Positions 18,918-26,283 of a stretch of DNA of 26,283 nt are shown piece after piece. The translations under genes were made by a program, and so were the position numbers. The notes beneath the pieces are model-generated. The model worked only from the letters and a program-made list of their open reading frames with translations, ran no database searches and was not told the origin of the DNA. Every line of letters begins with the position of its first letter. Position 1 is the stretch's first letter. This stretch comes from a candidate division WOR-3 bacterium (GTDB taxonomy: Bacteria; Hydrothermota; Tepidihabitantia; B3-TA06), in the NCBI GenBank assembly GCA_965649265.1, contig CBFGKC010000014.1, positions 38,095 to 64,377 on the forward strand, given 5' to 3'.

Positions 18918-19325
18918 ATGAGGTTACCTTACAAACTCTCTAGTTTTCTTGGGAAAATTCCGGAGGAGGCTCGGGCTGAGGCTTTTTTTCTAGCTCTTGT
19001 CACCATTGCCGTTTTGATTGTTCCGTTTTTGCCACTTGAATTCGTAAATAACGGACCTTCCTTGTGTATCTTTAAAATTGTTTTCGGACATCCATGTCCC
19101 GGCTGTGGCATGACCAGGGCATTCTGGGCACTATTGCACGGGGATGTCGTTTCCGCTATCGGCTTTAACTGGAAAATAATATTTGTTGCTCCGATTCTGG
19201 GGGCGCTATATTTTTACAGGGTTTCTTTTCTGGCGAAATTCTCACCCTTCAGTTTCCATCAAAATTACAAAATGAAGGGGAGAGGTTTACTTCTGGAAAA
19301 GCCCTCAGAGTTTCCGATTCCTTGA
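18918..19325 (+). CDS. DUF2752-family membrane protein
   Basis: CIFK..FG.PCPGCGMTRA..ALLHGD...A..FN motif. Confidence 0.9.
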   Translation: MRLPYKLSSFLGKIPEEARAEAFFLALVTIAVLIVPFLPLEFVNNGPSLCIFKIVFGHPCPGCGMTRAFWALLHGDVVSAIGFNWKIIFVAPILGALYFYRVSFLAKFSPFSFHQNYKMKGRGLLLEKPSEFPIP

Positions 19326-19496
19326 CTCGTAAGCTATTAAAGACAACCATGCACCTTCGTCGCTAAGATCAAGCTCAGCTAAGTTTTCCTGAATCAGGGC
19401 TCCTTAATTAAGTCTTTTTCCTTTTAAGGTTCTTGAACTTCCTTTCCAAATCTAAACTGTGCTAAGCGTGCAAACCCTCCCGGCTAACAATACTTG

Positions 19497-19524
19497 TTTG
19501 CCGATAATTTACATTACGTAAACT
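19497..19524 (+). other. Candidate chromosomal dif (XerC/XerD) site
   Basis: TTTGCCGATAA-TTTACA-TTACGTAAACT in 11-6-11 layout. The right arm is one mismatch from the B. subtilis XerD-type arm TTATGTAAACT. Intergenic between convergent genes. Confidence 0.8.
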
Positions 19525-19656
19525 AAGTCATGATTGCCCGTAGTGAGCTTAAGTCTATACTTTTCTGTTTGTTAACTCAGGGAAAGCCTTCTCCTCTATT
19601 TCGAATGCGCTTGTCGCAGAATAAAAATCCTTAGAGAGTAGGAAGGTTGTCGAAGC

Positions 19657-21141
19657 TCAGCGCTGAAGTTCGTAGTTCGGCGCTTCTTTAGTAATCCTTA
19701 TATCGTGCGGATGGCTTTCCCTCAAACCGGCTCCTGAGATACGGACGAATTTTGCGCGTAGCCGAAGCTGGCTGATGTTTTTGGCGCCAATGTACCCAAG
19801 ACCCGATTTAGTACCGCCTGCTAGCTGGAATATCTGCTCTCTGACGGATCCACGATAAGGAACTATACCTTCGATCCCTTCAGGAACAAATTTCTTAGCT
19901 TCTTCCTGGAAGTAACGATCTGCCGAGCCTTGTTTCATTGCGTCAATAGATCCCATTGCCCTGTAGATCTTGTAGCGTCTTCCTTCGAGAAGAATCGATT
20001 CGCCCGGGCTCTCTTCGGTTCCGGCGAAAAGATTACCAATCATTATAGAATCAGCACCTACTGCAAGTGCCTTAACTATGTCACCTGAATATCTAATGCC
20101 GCCGTCAGCGATGATAGGTATCTTTGCTTTTGAGAGCACATTGTAGCAATTCATAATTGCTGTAAGCTGCGGAACACCAATACCTGCAACGACGCGGGTC
20201 GTGCAGATCGATCCGGGACCGATTCCAACCTTAACGGCGTCAGGGTCAAGCTTGGCCAAATCTGAAGCGGCTTCTCCGGTACCTATGTTACCGAACACTA
20301 ATTGAGCAGTAGTGACTCTTTTGCGAAGCTTACGGGCAAACTCCAGAACACCGCTTGAGTGAGCGTGGGCGGTATCTACAATAATGGCATCTACACCGGC
20401 TTCTATGAGAGCGTCTGCCCTATCGATAGAATCTTTGGAAACTCCAACGGCTGCCGCGCAGCGTAACCGGCCGCGTTCATCGACAGTTGCATCTGGATGT
20501 TCAAGTTTTTTCGAGATATCTTTAGCTGTAATCAGGCCTGCAAGTCTCCCGTTTTCATCAAGAAGAAGGAGTTTCTCCAGTTTATGGTGCTTGAGGATCT
20601 CACGAGCCTTTGTAAGACTTGTACCCTTTTTTGCGGTTACGAGATTTTCTCGGGTCATTACGTCGGCCACGGTAAGTTCGTAGTTATCCTCAAACATGAT
20701 GTCGCGTCTGGTTACGATGCCGAGAACCTTGCGGTCCGAATCTATTACCGGGAAACCTGCGTAATGATGGAGTTCCATCAAAATTTTGACCTGTTTAAGA
20801 GGCATATCGGCTGGAACGGTGTAAGGGTCGTCGATGATGCCGCTTTCTGCACGCTTAACCCTGCGAACCTCTTCAGCCTGGCGCTCGATACGCATGTTTT
20901 TGTGAATGACCCCTATTCCTCCCTGCTGGGCAAGGGCTATTGCCATGGCCGATTCTGTAACTGTATCCATTGCAGCACTTACAAGCGGAACTTTAAGTGT
21001 AATCTTCTTGGAGAATTTCGATGACAAATCCACTTCACGGGGCAGAACTTCCGATGACCTGGGAATAAGAAGTACGTCGTCAAATGTCAAGCCGTCTTCA
21101 ATACTATTAACCTTCCTTGTGTTACTCGCAGGTTTTGGCAT
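19657..21141 (-). CDS. guaB: IMP dehydrogenase (with CBS pair)
   Basis: [55 protein letters not shown]. Confidence 0.98.
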   Translation of the reverse strand: MPKPASNTRKVNSIEDGLTFDDVLLIPRSSEVLPREVDLSSKFSKKITLKVPLVSAAMDTVTESAMAIALAQQGGIGVIHKNMRIERQAEEVRRVKRAESGIIDDPYTVPADMPLKQVKILMELHHYAGFPVIDSDRKVLGIVTRRDIMFEDNYELTVADVMTRENLVTAKKGTSLTKAREILKHHKLEKLLLLDENGRLAGLITAKDISKKLEHPDATVDERGRLRCAAAVGVSKDSIDRADALIEAGVDAIIVDTAHAHSSGVLEFARKLRKRVTTAQLVFGNIGTGEAASDLAKLDPDAVKVGIGPGSICTTRVVAGIGVPQLTAIMNCYNVLSKAKIPIIADGGIRYSGDIVKALAVGADSIMIGNLFAGTEESPGESILLEGRRYKIYRAMGSIDAMKQGSADRYFQEEAKKFVPEGIEGIVPYRGSVREQIFQLAGGTKSGLGYIGAKNISQLRLRAKFVRISGAGLRESHPHDIRITKEAPNYELQR

Positions 21142-21150
21142 CTTTCCCCC

Positions 21151-21468
21151 TTACAGCAGATTGTCGAGTTTTTCTGAAAGTACTGTCTTAGGTACGGCTC
21201 CGATGCTTCTGTCCTGTATTTGACCGTTTTTGAAGAAGATAACGGTAGGAATACTCATAATATTGTAGCTTTGAGCAAGTTCACGAGCCTCATCAACGTT
21301 TACTTTAACTATCTTAGCCTTTCCTTCATAATCTGATGCAAGTTCAGCTATTACGGGGCCGAGAATCGTACACGGATGGCACCACGAGGCCCAAAAATCA
21401 ACGACTACGGGGACAGTTGCTTCCAACACCTCTTTTTTGAACTCCTCTGGGGTTCTTATCTCTTGCAT
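21151..21468 (-). CDS. trxA: Thioredoxin
   Basis: VDFWASWCHPC, KVNVD, IMSIPT; SD AAGGAG. Confidence 0.93.
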   Translation of the reverse strand: MQEIRTPEEFKKEVLEATVPVVVDFWASWCHPCTILGPVIAELASDYEGKAKIVKVNVDEARELAQSYNIMSIPTVIFFKNGQIQDRSIGAVPKTVLSEKLDNLL

Positions 21469-21485
21469 ATGCGTCTCCTTTTCGA

Positions 21486-21513
21486 ATTTTACGGAGATTT
21501 ATTCAAATGTCAA
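21486..21513 (-). promoter_or_regulatory. trxA-guaB promoter
   Basis: TTGACA-16-TAAAAT. Confidence 0.8.
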
Positions 21514-21573
21514 TTACCCCACCTGGATACGCCCTTTTTATAGCTTTATAGCCTATTCCTCAGGGAGATGGGT

Positions 21574-21624
21574 TATGTTGCGGGTGTGTTGCGGGTGTGT
21601 TACGGGTGTGTTACGGGTTACGGG
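21574..21624 (-). repeat. Tandem 11-bp CCCG(T/C)AACA(C/T)A repeats (four units plus a partial)
   Basis: TATGTTGCGGG TGTGTTGCGGG TGTGTTACGGG TGTGTTACGGG TTACGGG on the plus strand, 2 nt beyond the pcm stop. Confidence 0.9.
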
Positions 21625-21626
21625 TC

Positions 21627-22277
21627 TTATGTAGCCCCGCGCATAGGTACAAAAAAACACCCACCTTCGTATCTTTTAGATAGGCCTTTATCCATCTTCG
21701 TAAATACCGTCAGGGTCTGAGCAAAGTGCTGAGGACCTATTGGAACGACCATCCTCCCCCCTATCACAAGTTGATTGATGAGAGCTTGGGGAACTCTTTC
21801 CGGCGCACAAGTGACAGTAATGGCGTCAAAGGGTGCGTGTTCCGGCCAACCCTTGCTGCCGTCACCTGTCCTGAAATGAACGTTCCCGTATCCAAGATGT
21901 TTGATGAGCGCGCGTGCACGTTCGGCAAGCTCGGACACGAACTCAACCGTGAATACTTCAACGCCAAGTTCTGCGAGAATCGCGGCCTGGTAGCCTGAGC
22001 CGGTACCTACCTCGAGTACCCTCTCCCCGCCTTTAAGCTTTAGAAGTTGAGTCATGAACGCGACTATGTAGGGCTGTGATATGGTTTGATCGAAACCTAT
22101 TGGAAGAGGACAATCATCGTAAGCCACTTTTTGTATATCGGTTGGAACAAAAAGATGACGTTGAATCTTGATAAACGCCGCAAGTATATGTTTATCGGTA
22201 ATATCCCTTCCTGAAAGTTGGACGCGCACCATTCTTTCGCGCGCTCGGGTAAATTCTTCTTCTTGAAAATTCATCAT
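21627..22277 (-). CDS. pcm: Protein-L-isoaspartate O-methyltransferase
   Basis: RHLFVP, AY.D.PLPIG..QTISQPYIVA, VLEVGTGSGYQAA, GDG..GW...APFD, FVPM. Confidence 0.96.
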   Translation of the reverse strand: MMNFQEEEFTRARERMVRVQLSGRDITDKHILAAFIKIQRHLFVPTDIQKVAYDDCPLPIGFDQTISQPYIVAFMTQLLKLKGGERVLEVGTGSGYQAAILAELGVEVFTVEFVSELAERARALIKHLGYGNVHFRTGDGSKGWPEHAPFDAITVTCAPERVPQALINQLVIGGRMVVPIGPQHFAQTLTVFTKMDKGLSKRYEGGCFFVPMRGAT

Positions 22278-22350
22278 TGAGTTTTAATCAAAAATGAGTC
22301 GTTAAGTTCATCAAAAAAATGATAGTAGGCAATGTAGTTCATGTAAAACG

Positions 22351-24363
<2,013 letters not shown>

Positions 24364-24366
24364 TTA

Positions 24367-24394
24367 AGGATAGGTGCAGATTCATGCTTGTCAA
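24367..24394 (-). promoter_or_regulatory. ligA promoter (leaderless geometry)
   Basis: TTGACA-16-TATCCT-6 nt-ATG. Confidence 0.75.
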
Positions 24395-24401
24395 CGCCCC
24401 T

Positions 24402-24731
24402 CCCGTAACACACCCCCTACCCACAGGGCATTTCCATCATTGTTTTATTATCAAAGGAAATAACACACCCCGTAACACACTCCGTAACACACACCCCCTC
24501 CGTAACAGAACCCCTTCGGGGAGGTTGTTACCCTTGAGATGAGTCGTCATCGAATAGGTCATTTTCAAAGAGGAGGGTGCGACTGGTTTTACAGGAAAAT
24601 AACACCCGTAACACACCCGTAACACACCCGTAACACACCCGTAACATACCCGTAACATACCCGTAACATACCCGTAACACAAGCGTCCACCCTTCCCCCC
24701 TTCCGTAACAACGCTTTACACTACGTAACAC
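24402..24731 (+). repeat. Large CCCGTAACACA repeat region, including 7 tandem 11-bp units at 24605-24681
   Basis: 3x CCCGTAACACA, 3x CCCGTAACATA, 1x CCCGTAACACA in tandem, plus scattered (C)CGTAACA copies and the composite element at 24402-24490. Confidence 0.92.
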
Positions 24732-24856
24732 AATCCCTGATATCCCTACTCAGGATATCAACAATCTTATAATAGATAATAGAAAAAAGGGTGAATCATT
24801 CCGAAAGAAGGAAGCTCTCCTCGTTCAAATCAACGAACACTTTTAACCCTACTTTG

Positions 24857-24881
24857 AAAAAAGAGGCTCCGAGGAGCCTCT
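24857..24881 (-). terminator. Intrinsic terminator for the 24903-25394 gene
   Basis: AGAGGCTC-CGAG-GAGCCTCT hairpin with A6 on its left (U-run on the minus strand). Confidence 0.8.
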
Positions 24882-24902
24882 GAGAATATCTAAAGACTTA
24901 AG

Positions 24903-25394
24903 TTAGCGAACCTTTTCCAGCTTATCGAGGAGCTTGGTGCCTATCTCGTCATCGCTCATTGTTTCAGAAATGCTGGCTGAAGCCAGATAGGAACAATAAT
25001 TTACAGGTATCTTCCACAACTCGTTTTTGTAATCGATCAGGAGGTCTCCGAAATCGAAATCCTCTCCGGACTGAATGGCGATAATACCTACGGCGCCCGC
25101 GCAAACACCCATAAAGTAGCCGTACTTTTCCTCATTTGAGAGTGAGTTCCAGTCCGCATCGGTTCTGGATGCGGTTTTAAACGTCACCTTGATATCGTAC
25201 TCGTCTTCATTTTTCAAGACTTTGGCATCTATCTTGAAAGGCCCGGCATTTTCAATGGCCTCTTTGACCTGTGATGCAAGCGCTTTGCCTTTACCTGTTT
25301 CCACAGGTACGCTTTCTTCTTTAGGTTTCGATATGCCGCAAAAGACCGAAAGGAATGCCGTTACCAGGACTAAGACCAACATGGATTTCTTCAT
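24903..25394 (-). CDS. Hypothetical exported protein, possibly a lipoprotein
   Basis: SD AGGAGG, MKK-hydrophobic-C signal, own promoter and terminator. Confidence 0.75.
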   Translation of the reverse strand: MKKSMLVLVLVTAFLSVFCGISKPKEESVPVETGKGKALASQVKEAIENAGPFKIDAKVLKNEDEYDIKVTFKTASRTDADWNSLSNEEKYGYFMGVCAGAVGIIAIQSGEDFDFGDLLIDYKNELWKIPVNYCSYLASASISETMSDDEIGTKLLDKLEKVR

Positions 25395-25430
25395 AAGACG
25401 CCTCCTATGATTTAGAGAGTTCTTTAAAGA

Positions 25431-25507
25431 AGTATAGGGAATTGGAATGAAAGGTCAAGTGATAGGGTTCTTCGTCCGGTTGACAGATACGCGGTTTCGG
25501 CTAAAAT
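25431..25507. promoter_or_regulatory. Divergent promoters for the 25394 gene (-) and tRNA-His (+)
   Basis: Minus strand: TTGACC(25458-25453)-16-TATACT(25436-25431). Plus strand: TTGACA(25480-25485)-16-TAAAAT(25502-25507). Confidence 0.8.
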
Positions 25508-25518
25508 TAACCACGAAC

Positions 25519-25591
25519 GGTGGGTGTAGCTCAATGGCAGAGTGCTTGACTGTGGCTCAAGTGGTTGGGGGTTCAACTCCCCTCACCCACC
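25519..25591 (+). tRNA. tRNA-His (GTG)
   Basis: G-1 encoded and paired with discriminator C. Acceptor stem GTGGGTG/CACCCAC, anticodon arm CTTGA-CTGTGGC-TCAAG, T-arm GGGGG-TTCAACT-CCCCT. CCA not encoded. Confidence 0.97.
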
Positions 25592-25600
25592 CCTTATTAC

Positions 25601-25642
25601 ATCCCCTGGAACCTTCTCATGAAAGCTCCAGGGGATAATTTT
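25601..25642. terminator. Hairpin between convergent tRNA-His and Roadblock genes; probable terminator
   Basis: ATCCCCTGGA(25601-25610)...TCCAGGGGAT(25627-25636) followed by AATTTT. Confidence 0.6.
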
Positions 25643-25667
25643 ACACTATCAAGAGAACCAGAAAAAT

Positions 25668-26051
25668 CTATCTTGGGATTACCTCCAGAATTCTAGGCAA
25701 GTACTTCTTCATTGTGACCCTGGCCATTCCGAGATTACCTTTACGAGTGATTGCCAAGCCGTGATAGAATTTGTTCCCTGGATATACCACAATAAGAATA
25801 TACGCTTTTTCGGTCGTTATCAGTATGTCTTCGGTTACACCAAGCGCTTCCTTGCCTCCGAGAGCGAATATTGCTCTATCATTGGCCTTGACGACGTCAG
25901 CGTACGCTGCCGATGCAACGGTGGCATCGAAATCGGGAAAGATCGATCCGCCGCCGATAGAAAGGCCTGAAGCTATTTCCACTATGTCAGTAGAGACGAA
26001 TTCAGCAACGTCGCCCCTGAATTCAGCAAGTATCTCTTCTAATGTTGCCAT
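25668..26051 (-). CDS. Roadblock/LC7 (MglB-like) fold protein
   Basis: SD TAAGGAGG before ATG 26051. SGLSIG...A.A....VV.A...EDILIT....Y.L...NLGMAR pattern. Confidence 0.7.
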   Translation of the reverse strand: MATLEEILAEFRGDVAEFVSTDIVEIASGLSIGGGSIFPDFDATVASAAYADVVKANDRAIFALGGKEALGVTEDILITTEKAYILIVVYPGNKFYHGLAITRKGNLGMARVTMKKYLPRILEVIPR

Positions 26052-26283
26052 ACTATCCTCCTTAGTCTTATTTTTATTTTTATCCTTGTCTTCAAAGAAT
26101 TTTTCCACATTCTCCATCCCCTCCCCGGGAAGATTCATCGCTTCAAGAAGCAACTGCTCAACACCTTCCTCGATTGTCTGCGTTAAGTTGTCGCCTAGAG
26201 GTTTGGTCTCAAAAGAGCCGCTTTTCCACCCGAAAATCTCCATGAAAGCTTTGCGTCCAACAAATTTCTTTGTTTCAGAATTG
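26052..26283 (-). CDS. 3' part of a DUF4388 (PatA_N)-like coding region, truncated by the window edge, in frame with the Roadblock gene
   Basis: Frame is open to the window end (NSETKKFVGRKAFM...). G..AF..I..W..G.F...I....EQLLLEA motif. Confidence 0.65.

Noticed and set aside
22278-22350. Separate leaderless promoter for pcm
   Set aside because: No clean -35/-10 pair at 16-17 bp; co-transcription with ligA is simpler.
24402-24731. CRISPR array
   Set aside because: Units are 11 bp and directly tandem with no unique spacers; no cas genes in the window.
24437-24731. ORFs 24437-24682, 24528-24731, 24327-24542 and 21437-21634 (VCYGCVTG-type repeats)
   Set aside because: Artefacts of translating the 11-bp repeat; no SD or promoter support.
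25447-25638. 63-aa ORF
   Set aside because: Overlaps tRNA-His and its promoter.
25592-25667. Integrated element at tRNA-His
   Set aside because: Only a hairpin and a convergent ordinary gene follow; no att duplication, integrase or composition shift.

Overview
Bacterial chromosomal segment, probably from a poorly characterised FCB-adjacent lineage (inferred only from a T9SS-like C-terminal sorting domain), that appears to contain the replication terminus (candidate dif site at 19497-19524, with genes converging on it). Core content: tmRNA (ssrA), glutamate 2,3-aminomutase (eam), comEC, two secreted/lipoproteins, mutL-miaA, a PASTA+LEA protein, queA-tgt-MFS, a cluster of small membrane proteins (DUF2085, DUF4870 plus a frameshifted paralog, zinc-ribbon/TM2, DUF2752), guaB, trxA, pcm, ligA, tRNA-His and a Roadblock/LC7-like gene. 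The first ~1.6 kb is AT-rich and looks like the end of an island next to the ssrA 3' end. It carries an uncharacterised two-gene unit (11-Cys DUF4417-like protein plus a Gly-rich 6-Cys small protein), the best candidate for a new system. Also notable: 14 sigma70-type promoters have a 16-bp spacer, six genes look leaderless, there are two dispersed repeat families (an 11-bp CCCGTAACACA unit and a 14-bp-stem hairpin ending GGGGACCC), and TGT has a non-canonical substrate pocket. Family assignments are by eye from motifs; no searches were run.
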